This document shows positions 54,320-64,000 of a stretch of DNA of 64,000 nt, one piece after another; the first letter of the stretch is position 1, and each line of letters starts with the position of its first letter. Made by a program: the position numbers and the translations under genes. The notes beneath the pieces are model-generated. The model was not told where the DNA came from. It saw nothing but the letters and a program-made list of their open reading frames with translations, and did no database searches. The stretch comes from an uncultured candidate division Zixibacteria bacterium (GTDB lineage: Bacteria > Zixibacteria > MSB-5A5 > GN15 > FEB-12): positions 1,184,001 through 1,248,000 of the forward strand of contig OY760907.1 of NCBI GenBank assembly GCA_963664195.1. The letters run 5' to 3'.

Positions 54320-54353
54320 GAGGGAGGTCGACCAGGTCGGCCTCCCTTATTCT
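54320..54353 (+). terminator. Terminator after katG
   Basis: GAGGGAGGTCGACC-a-GGTCGGCCTCCCTT followed by ATTCT. Confidence 0.7.
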
Positions 54354-54739
54354 GTCACCGGGCAATCACTAAATATGACAGAGACATACTGATTAGCGGC
54401 TCAACGCCAGGACTCTTATTTACACTTTCTGTGACCAAATTGCCATTGTCTTTGCCATCACAAATCGCTTGATCGGGAGTTGTTCACTCTCATTCTCCCA
54501 GAAGGCACGCGCCCGGCCGCGTTTTTTCACGAAAGCCTTCCTCAAACTCAAGACCGATTGCCATCACATCTCGATATCGGATATTCTAAAGAACAACGGG
54601 CATGCATCCGGCACTTGATGATTGCGCGATTTCTCAGTCTTTGACAATTGCCCCTGGAGTTGGCTGGCAGGAACAGGACTGGTGAAACCGTCGGACGCTA
54701 TTTCACGCCGACGGCATGACACTCCATGCCCCGCTTTCC

Positions 54740-55564
54740 TCAGTTGTCACCCTCACTCAAGTGCTTCTGGATTTTGCCCAGAGTCACTTCAAAAGCAGTG
54801 GGAATTGCTGCGCTTAGTTCCACCTCGGTCTCAATTGATTTCAAGTTGGAACGCACCACAAAGACCTTGTCGCTCAAGGTGACCATTATCTGCACGTGAT
54901 ATCGCCTGGGCCGACTCGGACTGGGGCCGATTATCACGGCCCGACAATAGAGGATTTGATCGTGGATCATATTGAGAATCGAAGCGGATTCTCTGACTTT
55001 GTCCCTTATATGCTCCACCGGCTCCATCTTGTCAAAAACCACATCGACCGGGATTTTGACCACCGGCGTGGCCTTTAACGCTTTGGGCTGCCAGTTATGC
55101 CCGAGATTCGAATCGAGGACCAGTATTTCTCGTATGCGATTGATGAGTTCTTCGATGTCAAACGGCTTGTCAAACATACCGGCCGCACCCAGTTCTTCGG
55201 CCTCCCGGTGTACCTGATCGCTTCCAAATGCCGTGATCAGAATCATCGGTACGAACCATTCGGTCTCATGGATGCCCTCAAGAATCTCCAGCCCGGTAAC
55301 ACCCGGCATCCGAATGTCGGAAACGATCAAATCGAAGTCATCCGGGGTACCCGAGAGAATAGGGTTTCCGAGATGGTCAAGCAGATCCCAGCCATCGCTA
55401 CATTCCACTGTGTCGAACCCCGCCTTGCGGAGGTTCCACGCCAGCAGTCGACGCATTTCGGGATCATCCTCAGCAACTAATATGCGAGGCATCCGTCGCA
55501 GTGACGGCTTGACAACAGCTGCCTGGCGGCTCGGATCACTCGCAGTACTCATTTCAGTATTCAT
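54740..55564 (-). CDS. Response regulator: receiver domain fused to an HPF/RaiA-like C-terminal domain
   Basis: ILVAEDD, SDIRMPG, ITAFG and KPF (receiver); C-terminal IPVDVVF..M......V.E....L...I..CR.VI...YHV.I..L....VV..AI..AF pattern. Confidence 0.75.
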   Translation of the reverse strand: MNTEMSTASDPSRQAAVVKPSLRRMPRILVAEDDPEMRRLLAWNLRKAGFDTVECSDGWDLLDHLGNPILSGTPDDFDLIVSDIRMPGVTGLEILEGIHETEWFVPMILITAFGSDQVHREAEELGAAGMFDKPFDIEELINRIREILVLDSNLGHNWQPKALKATPVVKIPVDVVFDKMEPVEHIRDKVRESASILNMIHDQILYCRAVIIGPSPSRPRRYHVQIMVTLSDKVFVVRSNLKSIETEVELSAAIPTAFEVTLGKIQKHLSEGDN

Positions 55565-55620
55565 GGCTGTTCTCCTATACGTTCTGCAGGTTCACACTAA
55601 AATCTTCTGACCAAGGTCCA

Positions 55621-55636
55621 AGCAAGGAGCGTGCCG
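55621..55636 (-). promoter_or_regulatory. Sigma-54 (-24/-12) promoter
   Basis: Minus strand CGGCACGCTCCTTGCT (GG-N10-GC), about 57 nt upstream of the ATG at 55564. Confidence 0.75.
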
Positions 55637-55775
55637 CGTCATGTAAGTCTGTCCGGTACAAGCGATTAGATAATCTTAGCGTGCTTCTGAGCAGTCACTA
55701 TGATGTGGCATTCTGCCCCACCGGGGCAATAGGCTACAGTCTCGACATGAGATAGTCTGTGGAGATTGAGTCTGA

Positions 55776-57158
55776 TTATTCTCTGTTCGGGGAGCTGTTG
55801 TCGGACATGCCGTATTTCTCAAGCTTGCGATAGAGCGTTTTTCGATCCATCCCGAGGATATTCGCGGCAGTAGTCTTATTGCCGCCGACAGCGGAGAGGA
55901 CATGAGTGATGTAGCGACGTTCCAGTTCATCCATAGTCACGAGTTCATGCGGCTCGTTCGACATGACCATCAGGTGGGTCTGTTTGTAGCCGGCAATCCT
56001 CCCCGGTAAATCGTCCGGTCCCAGCTTATCATGCCGCGTGAGAACGACACCGTGCTCGATACAGTTTCTTAGCTCCCGAACGTTTCCCGGCCAGGGATAC
56101 GACAACACTCTCTGGATAAAAGGCGCTGTTAGACCCGTGACCTTCTTGCCCGTAACCGATGCAAACTCTTTCAAGAATTGCTCCGCCAGGAGAATCACAT
56201 CGTTACCTCGCGACCGCAAGGGTGGAAGAGCCATTTGAATGACGTTGAAGCGGTAGAAGAGATCCTCACGAAAACTCCCGCGAGTAACCATTGATTCGAG
56301 GTCCCTGTTGGTGGCCGCAATAATGCGCACATCAAAAGGGATTTCCAGGCTGTCACCCAACGGACGGACCTTTCGCTCCTCTATGGCACGCAGTAGCTTT
56401 GGTTGCAAGGACAGAGGCAAATCGCCGATCTCATCAAGCAGCAATGTGCCACCATCGGCCTGCACAAACAGACCCTCTCGGTCGGAATGAGCGTCAGTGA
56501 AGGCACCCTTGCGGTGACCAAAGAGCTCGCTTTCAATCAGGGTCTCCGGGATGGCCGAGCAATTCATAGCCACGAACGGGGCGTCCTTGCGATGACTGTG
56601 ATGGTGCAGAGCGCGGGCGACAAGTTCTTTTCCGGTTCCGGACTCGCCGACAATCAATACCGAAGAGTCGAGGTCGGCCACTCGCTTCATCAGCTCGAAC
56701 ACTTGTTGCATTGCCGCACTGGCCCCTATTAGACCATCAAACCCCTTCGGCCCCTTCACGGTTTCGCTGAGAATTCGGATGCGCTCCAATAGCTGACGGT
56801 GCTCGATCGCGCGACGAAGCAGCAGTGCCAGAGTGTCAATATCAATCGGCTTGCTCACAAAATCGTAAGCCCCGGCTCGCAGGGCCGCGACGGCGGATTC
56901 CATGCTGCCAAAGGCAGTGACTACAACAACCGGAATGTCGGGGCGGATACTGACAAGGCGGCGACACAATTCCAAACCGTCTTCTCCGGGCATTTGAAGA
57001 TCTGTAAGAACTACATCATACTCCTCTTGAGCGAGAATGACATCCGCTTCCCGCGCCGATGTTCGCCAACTGATCTCGAAATCCCTTCGCTTCAAACCGG
57101 CTTCAAGCATCTCACACATGCTCTGATCGTCGTCGATAACTATGATACGCCCCTTCAT
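55776..57158 (-). CDS. Sigma-54-dependent NtrC/AtoC-family response regulator
   Basis: Receiver domain; GESGTGKE, ESELFGH..GAFTDA, LLDEIG, FREDLFYR, WPGNVREL; Fis-type HTH. Confidence 0.97.
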   Translation of the reverse strand: MKGRIIVIDDDQSMCEMLEAGLKRRDFEISWRTSAREADVILAQEEYDVVLTDLQMPGEDGLELCRRLVSIRPDIPVVVVTAFGSMESAVAALRAGAYDFVSKPIDIDTLALLLRRAIEHRQLLERIRILSETVKGPKGFDGLIGASAAMQQVFELMKRVADLDSSVLIVGESGTGKELVARALHHHSHRKDAPFVAMNCSAIPETLIESELFGHRKGAFTDAHSDREGLFVQADGGTLLLDEIGDLPLSLQPKLLRAIEERKVRPLGDSLEIPFDVRIIAATNRDLESMVTRGSFREDLFYRFNVIQMALPPLRSRGNDVILLAEQFLKEFASVTGKKVTGLTAPFIQRVLSYPWPGNVRELRNCIEHGVVLTRHDKLGPDDLPGRIAGYKQTHLMVMSNEPHELVTMDELERRYITHVLSAVGGNKTTAANILGMDRKTLYRKLEKYGMSDNSSPNRE

Positions 57159-58624
57159 GCTCTCTCCCCGATCGGCAGGTAAACTGTAAATGTTGTGCCT
57201 TCGCCCTCAGTACTTTGGACCGTCAACCAGCCGCCGTGATCCTTGACAATGCCGTGAGCTATAGACAGTCCGAGACCGGTACCTTCACCCACTTGCTTGG
57301 TGGAGAAGAACGGTGTGAAAACTCTGTTCAGGTTTTCCTTGGCAATCCCGACACCTTCATCTAACACGTCGACATAGGCGTATTCGGATGTTGCGCCACC
57401 GTGATCTGCCGGCGGGTCCGCAGATCTCTGACCGCATCGAACAGTGATTTGTCCCCCATCCTTCATCGCGTGAATGGCATTGACAATGATATTCGATAGC
57501 ACTTGTTGAATCTGACCAGTATCGATTTTCACGTGCGTGGTCTCGTCGCCAGGCGCCAGGATGAGATCGATATTGTCCTGGGCGGCAATGGGAGTGAGCA
57601 GGTGAACTACATTGTTGATCGGGTTAAGCAATGCTTCCCGGTTCTTCTCCACTGACTTGCTTCGCGCGAAGTCCAATAACTGGCGGATGATACCGGTCAT
57701 ACGTTCTGCCTGATTCTGAATCACTACCGCACTGTCCAATACCTCTGGCTGCTCCATTTCCTCGCTTGATATCATTTTCGCACGACCGGCAATTACATTT
57801 AGAGGCGTCCCCAGTTCATGAGCCAATCCTGACGCGAGCTTGCCTACCGTAGCTAAACGCTCGGCATGGCTGAGTTGCTCCATGGCAGACAATCGCCCGG
57901 AGGTCTCTTCTTCGAGCCGGTCCTGGGCAAACCGAAGGTCCTTCACCATTGTGTTGAAGCCGAGTGCAAGCTCGCCTATTTCGTCATTCAGATGTTCGAG
58001 GTTGCTGTGGGCAGTAAGGTCTCCCGTACCAACCGCACGAGCCTGATCGACCAGACTATGAACGGGGCGTCCCACAAGGCGAATTCCCAACCACCAGACA
58101 AGACCGCCGCCGACAAACAGAAACGCAACGAAGAGTGCTATCTTGCGAATTATGGTATTGCGAATGTAGCTCCGCATCGGAGCCAGCGGTTGAGAGAGCT
58201 CCAGTGCCGAAAGCCGGGCGCTGTCTACCCGGACCGGAAAGTATGCCAGGTGGTAGTCCGAACCGCGGTAAGAATACTCAGGGAAAAGCAATTCCTGTTC
58301 GCGCTGCAAAGGTGCCAGGTCCTCGATGTTCGCTCGAGGGGCCGAGGGATCATCCGGGGGCACATCAAACCATACCCAACGCACCTGAACCAGCCGCTCG
58401 GATCGATTGGCGTCCTCAATGATACTCTCCACCCGATCGCGGCCATTAGATTTCCAGATGTCCGCGACGGAACTGGCGAGGACGCTTCCCACTAGATACG
58501 CGTGGAGATTCATGTCGGCACGGAAGAGCTCAACTTCTCGCTGAACAACAAGATAACTGTGGAGAGCAAGAAGCATTGCGACGACCAACATCACCGCCGC
58601 CATGATCTTGAATGTCAATTTCAC
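57155..58624 (-). CDS. HAMP-domain sensor histidine kinase
   Basis: Two TM segments; HAMP; LAHELGTPL; N box; D.G.GI, PFFSTK and GTGLGL. Confidence 0.96.
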   Translation of the reverse strand: MKLTFKIMAAVMLVVAMLLALHSYLVVQREVELFRADMNLHAYLVGSVLASSVADIWKSNGRDRVESIIEDANRSERLVQVRWVWFDVPPDDPSAPRANIEDLAPLQREQELLFPEYSYRGSDYHLAYFPVRVDSARLSALELSQPLAPMRSYIRNTIIRKIALFVAFLFVGGGLVWWLGIRLVGRPVHSLVDQARAVGTGDLTAHSNLEHLNDEIGELALGFNTMVKDLRFAQDRLEEETSGRLSAMEQLSHAERLATVGKLASGLAHELGTPLNVIAGRAKMISSEEMEQPEVLDSAVVIQNQAERMTGIIRQLLDFARSKSVEKNREALLNPINNVVHLLTPIAAQDNIDLILAPGDETTHVKIDTGQIQQVLSNIIVNAIHAMKDGGQITVRCGQRSADPPADHGGATSEYAYVDVLDEGVGIAKENLNRVFTPFFSTKQVGEGTGLGLSIAHGIVKDHGGWLTVQSTEGEGTTFTVYLPIGERA

Positions 58625-58878
58625 TTTCAGTCCCTCTTACCACGGTATGTTGGCAAACTACTCCTAACAGTGCAGTAGTCGCAACCGATGCAACATATTT
58701 GATACACGCAAAGAGTAGAAAGGATTGAGCTTATGTAATGTACCTTGCCCGGCAGATGAGTAGATGAACCCCCTGGATATATGATGATGGAGGTGAGCGT
58801 CGAACCCCATGCTCGCGTTGTGGCACAGAGACTTACATCGTAGCGTGGCCAAACAGCGACCGTTTTCTTGCTCTACCT

Positions 58879-59733
58879 TCACTTCGTATTGGCTTCGAAG
58901 AAGTCTCTAAGCCTCTCTTCCCCGTAAGGCGGAGCAACCCCATCCATACTCAAAGCCGTCATAAGGAATTCAATCGGACCGTAGGTCCGTGATGACGTGA
59001 ACGTTCTCATAGACCAGAGAATCAGATTCTTTATCCATAATGGCATGCATGAGATTCTTGCGTCCCTGTGTACAGTGTCGAATGCCAGCTTAGCGATCTC
59101 TCTGTGAGTGAACGTCTCAGGACCACCAACATCGATCTCCGTCTCCGAACCAGAAAGAGCGTCAACACACACCTTGGCGAGATCCTTCCCATGAATTGGA
59201 TTGATGCGATATTCCCCGGATCCGAAGAGGTTCACCTTGCCCTTCTTGGCCATCGTAAGAAACTCCAGCATGTCCGAAAAGAACCCCGTGGGACGTATGA
59301 TTGTGTAATCGAGCTCTGACTGCGCCAGTTCTCCTGCAAACCGCTCCTTCGCCTGGATGATCTTCAGATCCTGCATCAAACGAGCATTGAAGACGGAGAC
59401 GTACATCAACTTGCGCACACTGGCGTCCCGGGCACAATCCAACAGATTTCTGTTGCCCTGATAGTCAACATCCATGTAGGTAAATCCGTCCTTCTGGCGG
59501 GTGATACCCACGGCGCTGATGACGTAGTCGATGTCCTTGCAGGCTCCGGAAATGGAATCAGGTTTTGTGACTTCGCCAACGAACATGTCATCGATGTGTT
59601 CGCCCAAGTGTGCAAGCTTCTCAGCGTCTCTGGTAAGAGCGCGCGCCCAATAGCCCTGCCTCCTGGCTTCCTTGACGAGGAATCGTCCCAGATAGCCTGT
59701 AGCCCCGGCAATGAGGATCTTCCTGTCGTTCAT
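58879..59733 (-). CDS. Atypical SDR / NAD(P)H-binding oxidoreductase
   Basis: ILIAGATGYLG, VDYQGN, IRPTGFFSD, NPIHG.DLA and GGPE motifs; start MNDRK after GGAG. Confidence 0.9.
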   Translation of the reverse strand: MNDRKILIAGATGYLGRFLVKEARRQGYWARALTRDAEKLAHLGEHIDDMFVGEVTKPDSISGACKDIDYVISAVGITRQKDGFTYMDVDYQGNRNLLDCARDASVRKLMYVSVFNARLMQDLKIIQAKERFAGELAQSELDYTIIRPTGFFSDMLEFLTMAKKGKVNLFGSGEYRINPIHGKDLAKVCVDALSGSETEIDVGGPETFTHREIAKLAFDTVHRDARISCMPLWIKNLILWSMRTFTSSRTYGPIEFLMTALSMDGVAPPYGEERLRDFFEANTK

Positions 59734-60444
59734 GTCGATTCTCCCAGATCGGTCGTGTGGACAGGAAGATACTGCTTCCCACGCCTTAACATCAACAAAA
59801 GCTGATTCGTTTGTCTGGGCGATGGCTTCGCTATGACCGCATCGTGACCGACGCGGTGTCGCGTCACTCGGCATGTTGGACATGTAGGTAGACAAAGGTA
59901 CGGGTCAGAGAGACAGCGCACTGCCCGCCCCGAAAGCTGCACCATTGTAGCTGGCAATTTGGTGGAAGTGGGGGGAAACGGCAAAGGGGTGTTTTCGCAA
60001 CTTTTTGAGCGTCACCCACTTACCATATAACTCGCTGGACCACAGCGAATGTCAGCCTTTATTTGGTTTAGTTTGGTCGGACTGTCGGAGAGTGTTTTTC
60101 ATTCGCAATGGCACAAATCTGGCACAACATTCTATGGACGTGAACCCACATTTGTTATTATGATAACCCATACTTTTGTGCCACAAATGTGTCCTCTGAT
60201 ATACGACTTTGTTAAGCTATTACTCCAGTTTTCATTGCATTTCTTTTTTGCATAATGGGCGGGAGGAGGGGGAATCGAATATACAACATGACCGCTTACA
60301 CAAAAATACTTACACGCCCCGGGACAAGGCAGCAAATACCGTTCAGTACACATCATGTTTGAGGGAAGAATCTGACAACTGTGAAAAGGTCGCTTACACA
60401 AAATTCTGTACAGACCCTCCGGTCCTCGGATGGGCTACCGGCTT

Positions 60445-60501
60445 TCACAATGGCCGGTTTTAACCTGACCCCCACTGGCCGGTTTTGCCCGACCGATGAC
60501 A
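60445..60501. mobile_element. Orphan IS21-family-like terminus
   Basis: Two TGGCCGGTTTT repeats (60451 and 60476), each followed by a GACC unit, ending in TGACA. Confidence 0.6.
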
Positions 60502-60517
60502 TTTTGGATCGTTCTCA

Positions 60518-62977
60518 TTACAGTGGCTGGAGTCTTATCGTTAATGATCCACTTGGACTCGCCTGATCACTATAGCTTGCATTTCTAGGTGGAATAGACT
60601 GACTCATACTGTGTATCTGGCGGAACCTAATCATATGATTGCCCTCTGTCAATACACCCTGCCAGGTGCCATCATTTACAATGAATTCCGTATAATCAGG
60701 CCCCCACAATATGTCACTTAATCCAAAATCTGATTCAGGTGCGCTTGAATATTCAACTGTTACCAAAGCATTACCTGTCACTCCAAAAAAGAAGCTTCCA
60801 TCAATTATGAAATAGGACGTAACAACTCCAGCGTTGTGATATCCTTCATCCCCCACACTATAACCGATACCTTGAGACATTGTAAATGTTTCTGTCATAG
60901 TAATTTCATTTCCTGCGCTATCAATTGTCAAATGGCAATCATAACCAAGATTACCAATTGCTGAACCTCCCTCAAAACTACTACTAAGGGCATATGATTC
61001 TCTCATCTGATTATCATAACTGTCACTTGAGTGATAGTATTCCTGTAAATGCCATTCTGTTTTACGATAGACGGTATCTGCTTGAGCTATAGCTTTAAAT
61101 GCTCCACCAAACCCAACCCCATCAATAGAGCTGTCATTACCTTCTTTTGTTGCTATTACTATTGTATCGCTTTGAGAATTGTATTCACCATACGCAAACA
61201 CATGTACAGATACAGCCTCTGCTGTAGAATCTATCGTAACCATAGTGCTAAAATAGCCCGAAGCATCAGTATATCCGGTTGTTGTACTTACAGTACCACC
61301 CGAAACTGTCAAATTTATTTGTATTCCTCCAGTCCATCGAGAGGTTCCGTTAGTATTAAAATAACCGGCGTGAATACCCAACAGATTCGCTCCACCTTCC
61401 GGAATAGTATTGGCAAAGTCTGCCTCTAAAGCTAAATCAGGAACCACAGTTACCGTATCAACATTGCTGGTGTAATAATCATAACCAAACGCTCCACCGG
61501 CATATCCGGCGGCGGCAAGAACAGAGTGAATGAGCGTATTTGGCCCCGAAGTCTGGGTGGCTATCATCAGCGGTGCTTTACCCGTCGAGTCTTTTGCCAG
61601 CCCATTAATACTGCCGGTGATCGGTTCGATTTTGCTCAGAGCCGGCGATATCAAATCAACGAGGCTGGGGTTTTGAACTAGAATCGAGTCATAGGTAATG
61701 ACTGGCAAAGAGGCATCAAGCATGGTGGGAGCATTAAAATGTGTCCCCAGAAAGTTGTTTATGACACCAAGGAACCACCTGGTTAGTCCCTCGGCGATTT
61801 CATAGACATTTTGCGGCAAGTATCTCCGAACCGCTCCCAGATGACTGATCCAGTCAGCCAAGTTCATGGCGTTGATGACCTGCGTGACAATGTCGAGTGG
61901 CGTTATATTGGGAGGAGTGTTCTTCGCGGAGATGTATACGATGGCTTCGGTCGTGTCCCCCGACTCTATTTCGTGCTCCATAAAGTCAAGTTCGAGCGAG
62001 GTTACTTGAGATGGGAGTAAAGCCAAAGCGATCTTGTTAAAGATAAAATCCAATTCGGCGACCACAAAACTAACGATGAATTCTATAGCCCCCAGCGGTG
62101 GGTAAGCAACACCCGCACATCCAAGTACCGCTGAATAAGAATTCCACTCCAACGCCGTTTGACCTATTACCTGTGAAGAAAACCCTTCCAGCAGGCTATA
62201 CATCTGCATTCGATACGCCAGCCCCTCGTCGTCGATAGTTGCGGTGCTCAGACTGCTGGCATTATACTTGGCCACAGCCTGTTCCATGGTCTGTAAACCA
62301 CCTGACCAGGTTGAAATCATGTCAGACATACCGGTTGATACCAGCAGGGCCGAAAACAACTCATTGGGCAGCGGATCACCATCCACGATCGGCGATGTGC
62401 CATTAATAATGGCAGTCAGCGAGTTGTCACCAGTAACCAACATCTCAGTCATTGACCCGCAGACGGCCTGAAGCAGTGTATCCTGAATATTCAGCGACAG
62501 ACTGATCTGCCGGATTGCGTCAGCTCCCTGAACCAGGGCCTGTATCAGACTATCGGTAGCGCCATCGGCATGAGGCAATGAATCGACGGTAATCAAGCCA
62601 AAGGCAGTATCAACAGCGACACTATCAAGATACAACATGACATCAAGAGGCGCTCCGGAAGCCATTGGCCAGGTTGAGTCCGTAGACGAAAACAGGAGTG
62701 GAATAATAGTGTAGTTGGAGGAGTCTGTTTGTATGATAGGTACCGATGCCTCCCCGATACTCAGGCTCCAGAAACCATCGCCCGGCAAAGCTGGCAGGTT
62801 CTTCATCTCGATAGGCGTTCCCGGAGGTCCGGAATCGGGTTCGAAAACAACATTTTGAAGTAGATTTGTATGACCTGATTCATTTGACAAAACGGGATTG
62901 TCATCGCCACAGGACAAAGATATTGAAGTCGCAATTAACAGACTAAAAACCATCACAACATAACTATTTGTTCTCAT
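60518..62977 (-). CDS. Large hypothetical lipoprotein with Ig-like segments
   Basis: 819-aa ORF; lipobox SLSC; PDSGPPGT (IPT-like); TDASGYFST (Big-1-like); AT-rich C-terminal third. Confidence 0.8.
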   Translation of the reverse strand: MRTNSYVVMVFSLLIATSISLSCGDDNPVLSNESGHTNLLQNVVFEPDSGPPGTPIEMKNLPALPGDGFWSLSIGEASVPIIQTDSSNYTIIPLLFSSTDSTWPMASGAPLDVMLYLDSVAVDTAFGLITVDSLPHADGATDSLIQALVQGADAIRQISLSLNIQDTLLQAVCGSMTEMLVTGDNSLTAIINGTSPIVDGDPLPNELFSALLVSTGMSDMISTWSGGLQTMEQAVAKYNASSLSTATIDDEGLAYRMQMYSLLEGFSSQVIGQTALEWNSYSAVLGCAGVAYPPLGAIEFIVSFVVAELDFIFNKIALALLPSQVTSLELDFMEHEIESGDTTEAIVYISAKNTPPNITPLDIVTQVINAMNLADWISHLGAVRRYLPQNVYEIAEGLTRWFLGVINNFLGTHFNAPTMLDASLPVITYDSILVQNPSLVDLISPALSKIEPITGSINGLAKDSTGKAPLMIATQTSGPNTLIHSVLAAAGYAGGAFGYDYYTSNVDTVTVVPDLALEADFANTIPEGGANLLGIHAGYFNTNGTSRWTGGIQINLTVSGGTVSTTTGYTDASGYFSTMVTIDSTAEAVSVHVFAYGEYNSQSDTIVIATKEGNDSSIDGVGFGGAFKAIAQADTVYRKTEWHLQEYYHSSDSYDNQMRESYALSSSFEGGSAIGNLGYDCHLTIDSAGNEITMTETFTMSQGIGYSVGDEGYHNAGVVTSYFIIDGSFFFGVTGNALVTVEYSSAPESDFGLSDILWGPDYTEFIVNDGTWQGVLTEGNHMIRFRQIHSMSQSIPPRNASYSDQASPSGSLTIRLQPL

Positions 62978-62994
62978 ATTTATCTTCTTCCATT

Positions 62995-64000
62995 TGTACG
63001 TCTTCAGACAATTCGGGCAGGTAGAGTTGAAAGCTAGGACATGGTTCTCGCTCTGGCAATTGCCTTTTTGTAATCCCGTTTTCTCTGTCTCAATGTCCGT
63101 TCTTTGATCCGTTGTCTTTCTTCGATTATCCTCACTGCCCGTCCCGTGTACACATCAGCCGGGGTCACATTCTCCAGCGATTCATGGTACCGTTCGTAAT
63201 TGTAGTTCTCCACAAACGCCTCGATCTCAGCCTTCAATTCATCCGGGCAGTAGTAGTTGTCCAACAGCAGGACGTTCTTCATCGAACGGTGATACCGCTC
63301 GATCTTGCCCTGCGTCATCGGATGATACGGCCGGCCGCGAGTGTGACTCAGGCCGTTGTCGGACAGATACTCTTTCAACTCGCCTGAGACGTAGCAGGGA
63401 CCGTTGTCTGAGAGCAGTCGCGGGCGATGCCTGACATACACGTGATCCACACTCGACCCGGCAATGGCCAGATCAAGCGTTTTAGTGACATCTTCAGCTG
63501 ACATCCCAGTGCAGAGCTTCCAGGCCAGGATGTAACGCGAGTAGTCATCCAGCACTGTCGACAGGTAGTACCAACCCCAGTGAATAACTTTTAGGTACGT
63601 GAAGTCGGTCTGCCAGAGCTGGTTGACCCGGGTGGTCGGCTGGTCGAACTTATCCTTGGCACTCAGCACCGTGTAGGCCGGACTGGTAATGAGATCGTTC
63701 GCTCTGAGGATGCGATAGACGCTCGATTCTGAGAGGTAATAGCCTTGTGTGTCAGTCAGATACCAGGCCAGCTGTCTCGGTGACTTGTCCAGATGCTCCA
63801 AGGCCGTTTCGACCACCTTCTGTTTCACATCCGGGGGGATCGCGTTCCAGAACCGGCGCCGACGTGGCGGCTTTGAGGCCAGGGTATCGTGCCCACCCTC
63901 GCGGTATCGACGGTACCAATCGTAAAACGTACTCCGGTTGATGTCCAACTCGGCCAGCGTGCGCTTGACACCGAGCCGGGAGTCCTCGACTGTCCGAATG
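62995..64000 (-). mobile_element. IS3/IS481-type insertion sequence, running off the window edge
   Basis: Terminus TGTACGTCTTCAGACA at 62995; contains a DDE transposase. Confidence 0.85.
63034..64000 (-). CDS. DDE transposase (rve integrase core), 5' part outside the window
   Basis: RSTFYDW (HTH); WQTDFT, LDDYSR, SDNG and GKIERYHRSMK motifs. Confidence 0.95.
   Translation of the reverse strand, partial: IRTVEDSRLGVKRTLAELDINRSTFYDWYRRYREGGHDTLASKPPRRRRFWNAIPPDVKQKVVETALEHLDKSPRQLAWYLTDTQGYYLSESSVYRILRANDLITSPAYTVLSAKDKFDQPTTRVNQLWQTDFTYLKVIHWGWYYLSTVLDDYSRYILAWKLCTGMSAEDVTKTLDLAIAGSSVDHVYVRHRPRLLSDNGPCYVSGELKEYLSDNGLSHTRGRPYHPMTQGKIERYHRSMKNVLLLDNYYCPDELKAEIEAFVENYNYERYHESLENVTPADVYTGRAVRIIEERQRIKERTLRQRKRDYKKAIARARTMS

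Overview
Bacterial chromosomal window of mostly moderate-to-high GC. It probably comes from candidate phylum Zixibacteria or a related FCB-group lineage; this is inferred from a duplicated dockerin-like C-terminus and a FlgD/T9SS-type C-terminal domain on secreted proteins. About 50 genes are present, dominated by envelope, redox and stress functions: typA, two TonB-dependent receptors, a TlpA-DUF4266-DUF3570-ApbE flavinylation cluster, a CarH/LitR-photolyase-TspO light-response island, PerR-like Fur plus katG, aqpZ and a sigma-54 two-component system. There are several pseudogene and IS remnants, and a transposase runs off the right edge. Signals not obvious from the ORF track: (i) two selenoproteins, each with an in-frame UGA and a SECIS-like hairpin (PrxU peroxiredoxin; tandem C_GCAxxG_C_C protein); (ii) a 59-aa ORF tightly coupled to a papain/C39-like enzyme; (iii) a TetR-SAMDC-like-GNAT-ATP-grasp-PLP decarboxylase operon with a structured leader; (iv) a Fur-box-preceded porin plus secreted His/Cys protein pair; (v) a DUF2946/CruR-like ORF ending in RSPP upstream of a TonB receptor; (vi) a receiver-HPF/RaiA-like fusion behind a sigma-54 promoter; (vii) an 11-bp-periodic CarH-type operator. 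No rRNA, tRNA or CRISPR array was recognised. All family assignments are by eye from motifs, with no database searches.
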